Shown here in pieces: positions 1-10,385 of a DNA stretch of 64,000 nucleotides. This DNA comes from an uncultured Gemmatimonadales bacterium. GTDB taxonomy: Bacteria; Gemmatimonadota; Gemmatimonadetes; Gemmatimonadales; GWC2-71-9. Each line of letters starts with the position of its first letter. Position 1 is the stretch's first letter. Both the position numbers and the translations under genes were made by a program. The DNA lies in the NCBI GenBank assembly GCA_963739455.1, contig CAVUAK010000001.1:544001-608000 (forward strand), read 5' to 3'. Under the pieces are notes generated by a model. That model had not been told where the DNA came from and made no database searches. It saw only the letters and a program-made list of their open reading frames with translations.

Positions 1-195
1 GCTGGTAGACGCTGTCAGATGCTTCCGCCACCTGCGCGATGGCCCAGTCGCGCAGCGTCGCGCCCAGCAGCGTACTGCGACGCTGGAGCGCGAAGAGCAG
101 CAGCACCGCCAGCGGCACCAGGGCGAGAAGCGCCCAGGTCGAAGGTCGCTTCCAGCGGGGCGGCGTGGCGGGCGTCGTGGAATCAGGGCTAATTG
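1..195 (-). CDS. N-terminal part of a membrane-anchored protein running off the window (possibly AsmA-like); start codon uncertain
   Basis: Manual minus-strand translation is open: ...PPRWKRPSTWALLALVPLAVLLLFALQRRSTLLGATLRDWAIAQVAEASDSVYQ, a basic patch followed by a TM helix. Not in the ORF track. Confidence 0.4.
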
Positions 196-228
196 CAGTC
201 TCGCTGGAAATACATCCGAGGATGGACC

Positions 229-714
229 ATGAACAGGATTCTACCCTGCCTGCTGCTCGCCGTTACGGCAGCGAGGCTCGACGCCCAGTTGGTGTCACGC
301 GAGCGGCTCTCGAGAATGGACCAGGGCATCACCGCGGCGGCGCTCGTTGCCGAGCCGTGGCTCGCCCTCATGGACGCGGGGCGGGTCGACGAAGCCTGGG
401 CCCAGGTGTCGGTCGTACTGCGACGGGACTCATCGACTGCCTGGCTGGCGAAGCTTCGCCCGCAGGGTGGCATTCCCTACACCGTCGTGGGCCGGGAGGT
501 GCTCACCCTGCAGCAGTCGTTCGTGCGGCCGCCATTCGCCTTCCCGGAGTACGTCAGGTTCGAGTTTGCGGTACGGTACAACAACGAGACGCTGGGCGGC
601 GAGGAACTTACCGTGGTGCGGGATACCGATGGGATATGGCGCGTGGCCGCCTATGCACGGCGGCCCGGCCCGCTGCAGAACATTCCCGGAAACCCTCCGG
701 GCACAAACTATTAG
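229..714 (+). CDS. Secreted DUF4019-like protein
   Basis: Signal peptide MNRILPCLLLAVTAARLDA|Q; pattern AEPWLALMDAG..DEAW...YVRFEF.VRY...EELTVVRDTDG.WRVAAY resembles DUF4019. Confidence 0.6.
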   Translation: MNRILPCLLLAVTAARLDAQLVSRERLSRMDQGITAAALVAEPWLALMDAGRVDEAWAQVSVVLRRDSSTAWLAKLRPQGGIPYTVVGREVLTLQQSFVRPPFAFPEYVRFEFAVRYNNETLGGEELTVVRDTDGIWRVAAYARRPGPLQNIPGNPPGTNY

Positions 715-754
715 GGCGGACCTGTAGTCCGCCCCAGCCCTTCCCGCGCGGCCG

Positions 755-1432
755 TTACCTGGTCGCGGCCGAATCCACCTTTACGACCAGCCCGTTCCTG
801 TCCGCCCTCACCCGCACCACCTTGCCTTTGCCGTCGTTGACGTGAATGAACGCGCCATTGCTGTCGGCGCTGATGTTGACGAGCTCGCCACTGTCGCCCT
901 CCGCATTCACGTGCACGCCCTGATGTGATGAATCGATGCTGAGTTCGCCCCGCTGGCGCAGCTGGGCAAGGGCTGCCTTGTCGGCTCGCACGGGACGGAC
1001 CACGCCCACGGGTTCGAAGCGCACCTCGCCGAGCGAATGCAGGCCGTGGTCGGATGGCGTCGCGCAGCGGAAGCCCTGTCTCACCTCGAACTTGTCCGGG
1101 CTCACCGGGACAAGGTCGCACGAGGAGAGCATCGCCGGGTCGAGGTGATCGCGGTCGAGCGACACCAGCGCGTGCAATGCGACACCGGTGCCACCCTTGC
1201 CCGCACCCAGCGTGAGGTTCGTCAGCTCGCCGAGCGTCCGGCCATCGAGCACAAAGGGAATGGCCCGGCCCATGTCGCCAGCCAGGACCTGGCCCGAATC
1301 AAGCTCGGACTTGAGCTCCATGAGTGCCTGCCTCGCCCGGGCCTTGGTCCGGCCGGCAGCGGTGTAGAGCAGCATGCCAAGGGCAAAGACAGCAAGCGCG
1401 CCAACGCCAGCGCGAACCCAGATCGAGCGCAT
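755..1432 (-). CDS. Hypothetical membrane-anchored protein
   Basis: N-terminal TM helix (VRAGVGALAVFALGMLLY), GGAGG RBS, beta-rich C-terminus. Confidence 0.6.
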   Translation of the reverse strand: MRSIWVRAGVGALAVFALGMLLYTAAGRTKARARQALMELKSELDSGQVLAGDMGRAIPFVLDGRTLGELTNLTLGAGKGGTGVALHALVSLDRDHLDPAMLSSCDLVPVSPDKFEVRQGFRCATPSDHGLHSLGEVRFEPVGVVRPVRADKAALAQLRQRGELSIDSSHQGVHVNAEGDSGELVNISADSNGAFIHVNDGKGKVVRVRADRNGLVVKVDSAATR

Positions 1433-1596
1433 GGGACCCTCCTGCGACGAATACGAGAGCACAGAGAACGGTGCCCCCTACGCCAAGCATCCGGACAATG
1501 TTTCAGTTTGTGACGATGGTTTGACGGCTAGTTCCGGAAATCGAACGGGGCGGACCGTGAGGTCCGCCCCGTGTCCCTGCCTGGCAACCGAGCCGG

Positions 1597-1839
1597 TCAG
1601 CGCGTCAGGTTGAGCGCCATGCGCGCGGGGCGACGCCCGCGCAGCAGCACCATGCCGATGACGAATACCGCCACGGCGATCACCGCGAGGACCAGCAACC
1701 GCGCCCAACTGCGCCCGATCTCTGGTGGGGGTGTCGCGTCATCGTGGTGTCCCACCTCACCCAGCATCGCGTCGAGTTCTGCGTTCGCCTGGGCGAGGTA
1801 CAGGTCGCGAGTCGCGGTCTCGGATTGTGGCGCGGTCAT
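1597..1839 (-). CDS. Small hypothetical membrane protein
   Basis: 80-aa ORF with one C-terminal TM helix, GGAG upstream. Confidence 0.5.
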   Translation of the reverse strand: MTAPQSETATRDLYLAQANAELDAMLGEVGHHDDATPPPEIGRSWARLLVLAVIAVAVFVIGMVLLRGRRPARMALNLTR

Positions 1840-1869
1840 GTCACAGCTCTCCAGGGGCCCGGAACGGGC

Positions 1870-2349
1870 TCAGTCTGCTGAAAGGCCAATGGGGGATCCC
1901 ACCGTGGGATCGGCTTCCCGCTCCCGCTCGGTGGCGCGACCAAGCCAGAGGCAGCCGGCGGCGATGGCGCACCAGGTCAGGACAACCAGGGCGGCCAGCC
2001 CGAAGAACCAGCCCACCGGGCCAAACGGCAACCGATGCCGTCCGCTGGCAAGCCACCAGAACATCATGAGGCTCGACGCGGCGCCCAGCATGAGGCTGCC
2101 GATTCCCGATGTGCGGGCCGCCACGCCGGGAATCGACGGGAGGGGGAGCGGTGCCGACACCGCCTGCCGGGCCCGCCACCATGCCAGCGCGGCGCCCACG
2201 ACGGCGAGCGCGATGGAGCCCAGCTCCCAGCCAATGTTGCGCTCACCCGCGAACAGCCACCGTGTCGGCGGCAGGTGGGTCAGGCCGGTCCACATCAGCA
2301 GGAGGCCCCCAACGACAGCAGTGACGTCGAGATAAAACGCGGTACGCAT
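1870..2349 (-). CDS. Hypothetical integral membrane protein (about 4 TM)
   Basis: Four hydrophobic segments; GGAG RBS upstream. Confidence 0.55.
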   Translation of the reverse strand: MRTAFYLDVTAVVGGLLLMWTGLTHLPPTRWLFAGERNIGWELGSIALAVVGAALAWWRARQAVSAPLPLPSIPGVAARTSGIGSLMLGAASSLMMFWWLASGRHRLPFGPVGWFFGLAALVVLTWCAIAAGCLWLGRATEREREADPTVGSPIGLSAD

Positions 2350-2434
2350 TCATGCTCCGGAAATCGGGACTTTGCGATGCCTTGATCCTAGCGCGGTGCC
2401 GCTTCCTGCGCGAGGGCGTGCACCGGGATCCTGC

Positions 2435-2466
2435 AAGAAAGAAACCTCGGGGCGCAGGCCCCGAGG
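2435..2466 (-). terminator. Intrinsic terminator after the M8 protease gene
   Basis: Stem CCTCGGGGC-gcag-GCCCCGAGG with A-rich flank giving a U tract on the minus strand. Confidence 0.7.
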
Positions 2467-2490
2467 CTTCTTGTCCTGACTGCGTGGTGC

Positions 2491-3987
2491 CTACTTGCTG
2501 CGGTAGGTCCCGACGATCTTGCCCTGCTTGTTGATGATCCTGATCGGACCGCGCAGGATGTCGTTGTGCAGCTTGAACGTCTTCGACGGCCCCATCCGGA
2601 GCAACGACATGATGCTATAGGCGTCCGCCTTGCTCAGGTCGACTTCGTAGCCCTCGTCCTGGAGCGACGCGATCGTCACCACGCTGAGCGGGTTCTCGCC
2701 CGGGCTGACATACCCGGTCATCATCTCGTTGTTGAACACCGACTCGCGCCAGTGTGCATCTGCGGTGCCTGGTCCGCCCTGGTTCTCAACCGGCACCTTG
2801 CCACCGACGTAGGTGTCTCCGCCCACCGTTTCGAATGCGGCGAGCGCGTTCGTTCCAGTGAAGTGCGGATCGGTACCGCCCGAGAGAGACGGATCGGCCA
2901 GCAGGCCCCCGTCCCCGAACTGGGACTCGCCCCACAGCGTGCCGATACCCAGCACGTGACCCATCTCATGCGTGATGACCGGAACCAGGACGCCATTTGC
3001 CTCGATGGTCTCGAGGTCCTCCGCGTCCAGCGTCATCTGCCCGATGGCCGGGAGAAGTCCCACCTCGTGCAGGAAGCAGACACCAGCACCACCGAGAATT
3101 CCGCCCGGCCCGTCGATGGGGCTCAGGTCCACGAAGATGATGAGGTCATCGATGGGGCGGTTGATCGCCGGACTCATGCCGCAGCTGTAGGCCGGAAGGT
3201 CCGCGGAGTCGTCGGGCAGGTCGGCCGTAATGATGGACTCCCAGCGCGCCTCTGCCTGGGCGAACGCGTCGGCCTGCGCCGCGGTCGGGCTTCCGTTGAT
3301 GAAGATTACCTCGATATCGAACGGCCCCGGAACGGCCGCCGTCTCATTGAAGGTGACGCTGGCGTCGGTGCCCGGAAGCGTGGCGGTGGCGGTGTACGCC
3401 CCCAGCGCCGAACCCAGGGTCATGGTGGCGGACGCCTGGCCGAACTCGTCGGCCGTGACCAGCGTGGTCGGGGCGATGCTGGCGCCGGGACTCGTGGTGG
3501 CGAACTGGACCTGCGCACCGGCAACGCGGGAGTACAACGCGTCGGTGACGATCACCGTCAGCGGCGTGCTGAGCACCGTGGAGGGCGCGGAGTGCTGATG
3601 GTCGCCCAGGCCGATGGTGAGGTGCACCGGCGTCTGGGTGATGGTAACGGCCATCTCCGACGAGAGCGTGCCGTACGACACCATGACCGTCGCCTCGCCC
3701 GGGCTCATCGCCGTGGCCAGGCCGTCGCCGTTGATCTTCAGGATGGCGGGATCGGACGTGGACCAGTTGAGTTCCGCGTCAGTGGGATCGCCACCGCCAT
3801 CGGTCGCCGTCGCCAGGAAGAGCTGGCTCTGGCCAAGCGACGTGAACGTGAATGCTTCCTGCTGCAGCGCGAGATGGGTCGGGACGCCGGGAACGAAATC
3901 GTCGTCACCACTGCAACCGGCGACGGCCAGGGTTGCGAGAATGAGCCAGGTACCTGCGTGGCGCGCGAGGCGCATCGGGTTTGCCAT
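2491..3987 (-). CDS. Leishmanolysin-like (M8) zinc metalloprotease lipoprotein with N-terminal Ig-like domains
   Basis: Lipobox LAVAG|C; Big_2-like segment (WSTSDPAIL.INGDGLATA..PGEATV); HEMGH zinc motif, distal AHWRE His, Met-turn EMMTG. Alternative start GTG 4020. Confidence 0.85.
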   Translation of the reverse strand: MANPMRLARHAGTWLILATLAVAGCSGDDDFVPGVPTHLALQQEAFTFTSLGQSQLFLATATDGGGDPTDAELNWSTSDPAILKINGDGLATAMSPGEATVMVSYGTLSSEMAVTITQTPVHLTIGLGDHQHSAPSTVLSTPLTVIVTDALYSRVAGAQVQFATTSPGASIAPTTLVTADEFGQASATMTLGSALGAYTATATLPGTDASVTFNETAAVPGPFDIEVIFINGSPTAAQADAFAQAEARWESIITADLPDDSADLPAYSCGMSPAINRPIDDLIIFVDLSPIDGPGGILGGAGVCFLHEVGLLPAIGQMTLDAEDLETIEANGVLVPVITHEMGHVLGIGTLWGESQFGDGGLLADPSLSGGTDPHFTGTNALAAFETVGGDTYVGGKVPVENQGGPGTADAHWRESVFNNEMMTGYVSPGENPLSVVTIASLQDEGYEVDLSKADAYSIMSLLRMGPSKTFKLHNDILRGPIRIINKQGKIVGTYRSK

Positions 3988-4016
3988 TGAAATGAGGGAA
4001 GTCATTGGATGCGCGC

Positions 4017-5159
4017 TCACAGTCCGTACGCCGAGCGCGGGAGATGCACCACGAAGGAGACGATGTTGAAATCAGCCTTGGTCGCCTGGCCGAGGACGAT
4101 CGTGCCGTCGGTCGAGGACGCAATGACGTTGGTCAGCTGCGTGCCCTCGGGGATGGTCAGGCCGGCTGCCGTGATGACGTCCGCCAGCTTCTTCATGCCG
4201 CCGGCCTGCGTCCACACGAATGCGTTGGCATTGCCGAAGAACGGCTGGCCCGACACGCCGAATATGAGCTTGCCGTCATCCGTGATGGCGTTGGCGATGG
4301 CCCCGTGGAAGTCGAACTCGTCGGCGGGAGGAAGCCGCCCGATGCTCACCGCGCCGCCAGCCTGGGTCCAGTAGAAGGCGTTCTCGCCCCAGTAGCCCGC
4401 GAGGAACTTGCCGTCGCCACTGGTGGCCATGACCTCGCCCGGATATTCCGCCGTGAGGCTGGCGGTCGGTTCGATCAGGAAGCCCGTTCCATCCGGATGC
4501 CACACGGCCGGGGATCGGTCGGTCAGGGCGGTGGAAGCCCAGCCGCCAATGATGCTGCCGTCGTCCGAGATGACGGTCGCGCGATTGCTCGGCGGATTGG
4601 TCGTCCAGTCGGGGATGGAACCGAGGCGCTGGAGCAGCGTCATGATGCCCGAGCCGGTCGCGTCCCACTTGAACGCCTGCACACCGCACTCGTCCCACGC
4701 CATGCCCACGACCGTCCGGCCGTTTGCCGTGATATCCCACGCGCTCGCGATGTCGGTACCGCACGGCTGCCGGAAGACGCTGGGAATGTCGGTCCAGCCG
4801 GAGTGCGCGGTCCAGATGCCAGCCGAAACCGGCTCACCATGGAGGGCCGTCACCACCTCGTTGCCCGAGATCGCCGTGACCAGGGTACGCGACGGATCGC
4901 CCACCACGCCCTTGAACTCGAGGCTGCCCGTCCCCGTGCGGTAGAAGTAGAACTCCCCGGCCGCGTTGTACTGCTGGAGCAGTGCGACGCTCCCGTCGGG
5001 GGTCAGGTCCATCGGCTGGAAGACGTTGATGAAGTCGATGCTGGGCTGGACTGTCGCTGTGGTCGGGCCTGAGCCGTTGTCGTCGCTGCAGGCGGCAAGC
5101 GCCCCCGCAACGAACAACGAGGCAAGGACAGGCAACCTACCGGTGAACCGATGACGCAT
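4017..5159 (-). CDS. Lipoprotein with HAF-like extracellular repeats (probable beta-propeller)
   Basis: Lipobox ALAA|C; repeated units A..I(S/T).DG..(I/V)G.....AF.WT..GG. Confidence 0.7.
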   Translation of the reverse strand: MRHRFTGRLPVLASLFVAGALAACSDDNGSGPTTATVQPSIDFINVFQPMDLTPDGSVALLQQYNAAGEFYFYRTGTGSLEFKGVVGDPSRTLVTAISGNEVVTALHGEPVSAGIWTAHSGWTDIPSVFRQPCGTDIASAWDITANGRTVVGMAWDECGVQAFKWDATGSGIMTLLQRLGSIPDWTTNPPSNRATVISDDGSIIGGWASTALTDRSPAVWHPDGTGFLIEPTASLTAEYPGEVMATSGDGKFLAGYWGENAFYWTQAGGAVSIGRLPPADEFDFHGAIANAITDDGKLIFGVSGQPFFGNANAFVWTQAGGMKKLADVITAAGLTIPEGTQLTNVIASSTDGTIVLGQATKADFNIVSFVVHLPRSAYGL

Positions 5160-5467
5160 TTGATCTCCCATACCAAGGCGGTGAGGTGGCAACCGCCCGG
5201 CACAGGCACACAATAGGCGCTTCCGCTTGGAAGCGGAGTGCGGCATCGTCAAGAGCGTGCTGGATCAGGCGGTTCGAAACGTGGTAGCTCGCGGAGCGCC
5301 ATAGCAGTTTGCTTGCCACTGCACGCCCCCGCGGCGCGCACAGTATGCAACGCGGTACCACGTATGTAAATAGGTGGGCCAGCGCGTTTTCCCTGCGGAA
5401 TGTTAGCCTGCACGAAACTGACCCACAGACGTGACGGCGAATGGATCCCAACTGTCACAAAGGATGG

Positions 5468-5503
5468 AAAAACGGGGGGCGACCCTTTCAGGCCGCCCCC
5501 CGG
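5468..5503 (-). terminator. Intrinsic terminator after pilC
   Basis: CGGGGGGCG...CGCCCCCCG stem with adjacent A5 (U tract on minus strand), about 20 bp after the pilC stop. Confidence 0.7.
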
Positions 5504-5523
5504 TCTTTCCGTCCTGCGACCGC

Positions 5524-6735
5524 CTACTGGATCGCGTTCATCATGTCGAAGATCGGCAGGTACATGGCGATCACCATGCCGCCGACCACCACGCCGAGCA
5601 CCACGATCATGACCGGCTCCATGAGAGCGAGCAGGGCGCTCACCGCCACGTCCACCTCTTCGTCATAGAAGTCGGCGATCTTGGTCAGCATTTCGTCCAA
5701 GCCGCCCGTCTGCTCGCCGACCGCGATCATCGAGATGACCATTGGCGGGAACACCTTGGACCGGTCGAGTGGCGCGGCGATCGTTTCGCCGCCGGCGATC
5801 GAGGCCCGCGACTCCATGACCGCATCGTGTACCACCCGGTTGCCCGCGGTCTTGGCGGTGATCTCGAGGCCGTCCAGGATGCTGACGCCCGAGGAGATCA
5901 GGGTGCCGAGCGTGCGGGTGAAGCGGGACACCGCCGACTTGCGCACCACGTCGCCCAGCACTGGCGCCTTCAGCATCAGGCTGTCGATGGTCTTCTGGCC
6001 CGCTGTCGTGGCGTAGTAGCGCTTGAGCATGAACCAGGCACCAAAACCAGCCCCGAGGATAAGCCACCAGTAGCTGGTCAGGAACCCGGACATGCCGATG
6101 ACGATACGCGTCGGCAACGGTAGTTCCATGTTCACCGACGCGAACATCTTCGAGAAGGTGGGAATGACGAAGATGAGGAGTACCGTGATTGCGATCGCGG
6201 CCACGCTCATGATCACCACCGGGTACACCATGGCACCCTTCACCTTCCGCACCAGGGCATCGTTCTTTTCCATGAACGTCGCCAGGCGCAGGAGGATCGT
6301 GTCGAGAATGCCGCCGTGTTCACCGGCGGCGATCATGTTGACGTAGAGCTCGGTGAAGGCGTTCGGGTGCTTCCGGAACGCGTCGGCGAGGGTGTTGCCG
6401 GCCTCGACGTCGAACACCACCGACCGGGTGACGTCCTTCAGCGTCTGGTTCTCGGTCTGCTTGCTCAGGATGTCCAGCGACTGCACCAGCGGCAGGCCGG
6501 CGTTGATCATCGTCGCGAACTGTCGCGTGAAGATCACGATGTCACGTGTCTTGACGCTCGCCTTCCCAAAGTTGAAGCTGAGCTTGATCGGCTTCGGCGC
6601 TTCCCGGAGGCTCACCAGCATCATCCGGTTCTTCCGGAGATACGAGGTGACGTCGTCCTTGGAAGGGACGTCGAGCTGTCCCTTCTGGATCTGGCCCGTC
6701 TGCGGGTTGCGTGCGGTATACTCGAAGAGCGGCAT
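5524..6735 (-). CDS. pilC: Type IV pilus inner-membrane platform protein PilC (T2SS F family)
   Basis: FTRQFATMINAGLPL, AGEHGGILD, VGEQTGGLDEML, EPVMIVVLG..VGGMVIAMYLPIF. Confidence 0.95.
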   Translation of the reverse strand: MPLFEYTARNPQTGQIQKGQLDVPSKDDVTSYLRKNRMMLVSLREAPKPIKLSFNFGKASVKTRDIVIFTRQFATMINAGLPLVQSLDILSKQTENQTLKDVTRSVVFDVEAGNTLADAFRKHPNAFTELYVNMIAAGEHGGILDTILLRLATFMEKNDALVRKVKGAMVYPVVIMSVAAIAITVLLIFVIPTFSKMFASVNMELPLPTRIVIGMSGFLTSYWWLILGAGFGAWFMLKRYYATTAGQKTIDSLMLKAPVLGDVVRKSAVSRFTRTLGTLISSGVSILDGLEITAKTAGNRVVHDAVMESRASIAGGETIAAPLDRSKVFPPMVISMIAVGEQTGGLDEMLTKIADFYDEEVDVAVSALLALMEPVMIVVLGVVVGGMVIAMYLPIFDMMNAIQ

Positions 6736-6750
6736 CGGTCCTTCTCCCGG

Positions 6751-7890
6751 TTAGCGGCGCCCGCCGCTGCTGCTGGCCATCTTGCCGGACGGCGCCGAGC
6801 CAATTTCCTGGTCGTCGAGCGGCTTCTCACCGATCATGCGCAGGAACTCGTTCGGGTCCGGCGACACCCGGAGGCACTCTTCCTGAGCAACCTCCCGATT
6901 CATGTACAACTGGTACAGCGAGGCGTTCATCGTCTGCATGCCGAACTTCTGGCCGGCCTGCATGGCGGACTGGATCTGGTGCACCTTGTCGTCGCGGATC
7001 AGAGCCCGGATGGCAGGCGTCACCACCATGATCTCGGTGGCCATCACGCGACCACGCCCACGTGAGCGCGGCAACAGCGTCTGGGTCAGCACGCCCTCGA
7101 GCACGAACGCGAGCTGTGCGCGCACCTGGGACTGCTGGCTCGACGGGAAGACGTCGATGATACGATTGATCGACTCTGCCGCGGAGTTGGTGTGCAGGGT
7201 CGCGAGGGCAAGGTGGCCCGTCTCGGCGATCGTGAGCGCCGCGGACACCGTCTCGAGGTCGCGCATTTCTCCCACGAGGATAACGTCAGGGTCCTCGCGA
7301 AGGCAGTACTTGAGCGCCGACGAGAAGCTCTTCGTGTCCGTTCCCACCTCGCGCTGGTTGACGATGCAACTCTGGTGGCGGTGGATGAACTCGATCGGGT
7401 CCTCCACCGTGATGATGTGACCCTTCCGCTCCTTGTTGATCTTGTCGATGATCGCCGCGAGCGTGGTGGACTTGCCGGAGCCCGTGGGCCCGGTGACCAG
7501 GATGAGCCCGCGCGGGCGCTCCGCCAGCTTCGCCACCACCGGTGGCAGGCCGAGCTCGCCGAAGGTCCGGACGTTGAAGGGAATCATGCGGATGGCCACC
7601 GACACGCAGCCCCGCTGCTTGTAGACGTTCCCACGGAAGCGGGCCAGGTTCTGGATGCCGAAGGAGAAGTCGAGCTCGTCCTCGGTCTCGAACCGCTTCT
7701 TCTGGTTCTCCGTAAGCACCGAGTACGCCAGGGACAGCGTGTCCTTCGGGTTCATGATGTCGGCACACGAGTTGGCATTCGTGATGTCGCCATCGACGCG
7801 AAGCTTCGGCCGTTCACCCGCAGTCAGGTGGAGGTCCGAGGCTTCCCGCTCGATCATTTCCTCTAGGAGCACCCGGAGGTTGACACTCAT
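6751..7890 (-). CDS. pilT: Type IV pilus retraction ATPase PilT
   Basis: ASDLHL, Walker A GPTGSGKST, LREDPDVILVGEMRD, ETGHLALATLH, AIRALIRD (AIRNLIRE-like); ATG overlaps the pilB stop. Confidence 0.95.
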   Translation of the reverse strand: MSVNLRVLLEEMIEREASDLHLTAGERPKLRVDGDITNANSCADIMNPKDTLSLAYSVLTENQKKRFETEDELDFSFGIQNLARFRGNVYKQRGCVSVAIRMIPFNVRTFGELGLPPVVAKLAERPRGLILVTGPTGSGKSTTLAAIIDKINKERKGHIITVEDPIEFIHRHQSCIVNQREVGTDTKSFSSALKYCLREDPDVILVGEMRDLETVSAALTIAETGHLALATLHTNSAAESINRIIDVFPSSQQSQVRAQLAFVLEGVLTQTLLPRSRGRGRVMATEIMVVTPAIRALIRDDKVHQIQSAMQAGQKFGMQTMNASLYQLYMNREVAQEECLRVSPDPNEFLRMIGEKPLDDQEIGSAPSGKMASSSGGRR

Positions 7891-9602
7891 GCTGCGGTCT
7901 CCTTCACGACTTCTTCGAGAGTAGTCACGCCCTTCGCGACCTTCACCATGCCGTCCATGCGCAGGGTCAGCATGCCTTCCGCCACCGCCGCGTCCCGGAG
8001 CTCCGTCGAGGCATCGCCCCGGAGGATCATCCGGCGCAGCGTGGCCGAGAGGTTCATCACCTCGTACAGGCCCGCCCGGCCCTTGTACCCCAGGCCGCCG
8101 CACGCATCGCAGCCCTTCCCCTTCATGAACGGAATCTTGCGATACTCAACAAGATCCGTGCCGATCGCGGCGAGCACATCGTCCGGATAGGTCGTCGGTT
8201 CCTTGCAGGACTTGCAGATCCGGCGCACGAGTCGCTGCGCCACCACCAGGTTGACGGCACTTGCAACGTTGAACGCTTCGAGCCCCATGTCAATCATACG
8301 GGTGATTGTGCTGGGCGCGTCATTCGTGTGCAGCGTCGACAGCACCAGGTGGCCGGTGAGCGCGGCCTTGATGGCGATGCTGCCGGTTTCCAGGTCCCGG
8401 ATTTCGCCGATCATGATGATGTTGGGGTCCTGTCGCAGGAACGCCTTGAGCGCCGCCGCGAAGGTGAGCCCGATTTCGTTGCGCACCAGGACCTGGTTGA
8501 TGCCCATCAGGTTGTACTCGACGGGATCTTCCGCGGTCATGATGTTCGTCTCGATGGTATTGATGCGCGACAGCGCCGAGTAGAGCGTCGTCGTCTTGCC
8601 GGAGCCCGTCGGGCCGGTGACCAGCACCATGCCGTACGGATTCAGGATTGCCTTGAGCAGGTCCGCCTCGGCCTTGGGCTCGAACCCGAACTTGCTCAGG
8701 TCGAGCGTCAGGTTGCCCTTGTCGAGGATTCGCATCACGATCTTCTCGCCGAACAGCACCGGAAGGGTCGAGACACGGAAGTCGATGACCCGGTTCCCCA
8801 TCTTGAGCTTGAGGCGGCCGTCCTGCGGCACGCGGCGCTCGGCAATGTTGAGCTGGGAGAGAATCTTGACACGGCTGGTAAGGGCCGCGCGCAGCTTGAG
8901 CGGTGGCTTCATCACCTCGACCAGCGCACCGTCGATACGGTAGCGCACCCGGATCTCGTGCTCGAACGGCTCGATGTGGATATCGCTGGCTCCGCGGCGC
9001 ACCGCGTCGGTCAGCAGGCCGTTGATCAGCTTCACGACCGGCGCGTCGTCGATCTGCTCGCGGGTGGCGACCTCGTCATCCCGCTCCTCGACGACCTCGA
9101 CATCCTCGTCCAGCCCCTCCATGTCCTTGAGGAGGTTCTGGAGCTGCTGCTCGTTGCCCGCGGACTCGTAGTGGCGCTCGATCAGGCTCCGGAGGGTGAC
9201 CTCGCCCGCAATGACGGGGAAGAGGTCGTACCGGGTGATGAACTTGAGGTCGTCCAGGAGGCCATGGTCGGACGGATCCGCCACCGCCACCGTGAGCGTG
9301 CGGCCCTCGCGCTTGAGCGGGAGGACAATGTGCTTGGCGGCGACTTCGCCGGGAATCAGCTTGAGGGTCCGGGGATCAACTTCGAACTTGGTCAGGTCGA
9401 CGGCGGGCATGCGGTAGTGGCGCGCGAGCAGCTTGGTCACCTCGATTTCGGGGACCATGCCCGACTTCGCCACCACGTAACTCAGGCGCAGGCGGGACGA
9501 CTTCGCCTCGGCGTTGGCCGCCGTCAGCTGCTCGCGAGTCAGCAGACCTTCCTGCAGAAGGAGGTCGCCGAGTGAGTTTCCGCCTACCGCCACAGACGCC
9601 AT
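7887..9602 (-). CDS. pilB: Type IV pilus assembly ATPase PilB
   Basis: N-terminal LGDLLLQEGLLT, ASDIHIEP, ERRVPQDGR, GPTGSGKTTTLY, LRQDPNIIMIGEIRD, CxxC...CxxC zinc motif. Confidence 0.95.
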   Translation of the reverse strand: MASVAVGGNSLGDLLLQEGLLTREQLTAANAEAKSSRLRLSYVVAKSGMVPEIEVTKLLARHYRMPAVDLTKFEVDPRTLKLIPGEVAAKHIVLPLKREGRTLTVAVADPSDHGLLDDLKFITRYDLFPVIAGEVTLRSLIERHYESAGNEQQLQNLLKDMEGLDEDVEVVEERDDEVATREQIDDAPVVKLINGLLTDAVRRGASDIHIEPFEHEIRVRYRIDGALVEVMKPPLKLRAALTSRVKILSQLNIAERRVPQDGRLKLKMGNRVIDFRVSTLPVLFGEKIVMRILDKGNLTLDLSKFGFEPKAEADLLKAILNPYGMVLVTGPTGSGKTTTLYSALSRINTIETNIMTAEDPVEYNLMGINQVLVRNEIGLTFAAALKAFLRQDPNIIMIGEIRDLETGSIAIKAALTGHLVLSTLHTNDAPSTITRMIDMGLEAFNVASAVNLVVAQRLVRRICKSCKEPTTYPDDVLAAIGTDLVEYRKIPFMKGKGCDACGGLGYKGRAGLYEVMNLSATLRRMILRGDASTELRDAAVAEGMLTLRMDGMVKVAKGVTTLEEVVKETAA

Positions 9603-9681
9603 GTCCACCGTACCTGACCGTAAGCCCAAGTGATTGCAATGCTTTGAGATACGCTGCGGAAACAGGGGCACTGAATCGCAC

Positions 9682-10331
9682 TCACTGCTGCCCGGCTGCC
9701 GTCCAGAGACCTTGAGCAAGCGCAAGGCTGATGCCGAGTACCCGGGCCAGGTCGGACGGGCTCCGGAACGGACCCGCGCTGTCACGAAAGGCGACGATCC
9801 GAGCCGCCCTCCGCTTCCCGATTCCGGAGATCCGTTCAAGGTCGGCCACTGATCCGCGGTTGATCACCTCGGTAGTGACTCGCTCCGCCGACGCGGTCGC
9901 GGGTCCCGGCGGCACCGGTCCCGGCGGTGCGACCGCCGGTCTCGGAGGTGAGGAGAAGGCAAGATTCGGTGCCATGCGCGCCAGCTTGGAGGGGCCGATC
10001 CCCGGCACGCGTGAAGCGCGGCGGTATCCCCGAAGGGTCCCGAACGGGAGCGTTCCTCGACGATGCGACGCGCGAGACCCGACCCAACTCCGGGCAGGCG
10101 CTGGAGTTCCTGGGCCGAGGCTCGATCCACATCGATTCGCTCACCGCGGGCCAGGGGCCGGGCAAGGCGCGCCAGACTGTCGCGTCGTGCGAGCGCGGCG
10201 GATGAACTCGAGGAGCCCAGCAGCCGGACGTCGCCGGGCGGTCGGCGGACATCGGACGCGACCATGCGCACCACGTGACCACCGAGTCCGAGGCCAAGGA
10301 GGAGCAGTACCGCGCGATGTTCAGGGGTCAT
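9682..10331 (-). CDS. comEA: ComEA-like helix-hairpin-helix DNA-binding protein (frameshift near 10020)
   Basis: N-terminal TM; two HhH modules, IDVDRASAQELQRLPGVGSGLARRIV and INRGSVADLERISGIGKRRAARIV, in adjacent frames. Confidence 0.8.
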
Positions 10332-10385
10332 CCTGCGAATGTCGGGTGCCGTTGCTGGAGGGCGGCACCCAAATAGCCGGAGTGG

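Noticed and set aside
5160..5467. Possible riboswitch or ncRNA in the 300-bp intergenic region
   Set aside because: Only a small hairpin (TTCCGCTTGGAAGCGGA) and promoter-like sequence; no recognisable aptamer core.
5524..9602. Type II secretion system (GspE/F)
   Set aside because: The pilB-pilT-pilC order and the PilT AIRxLIR motif indicate type IV pili.
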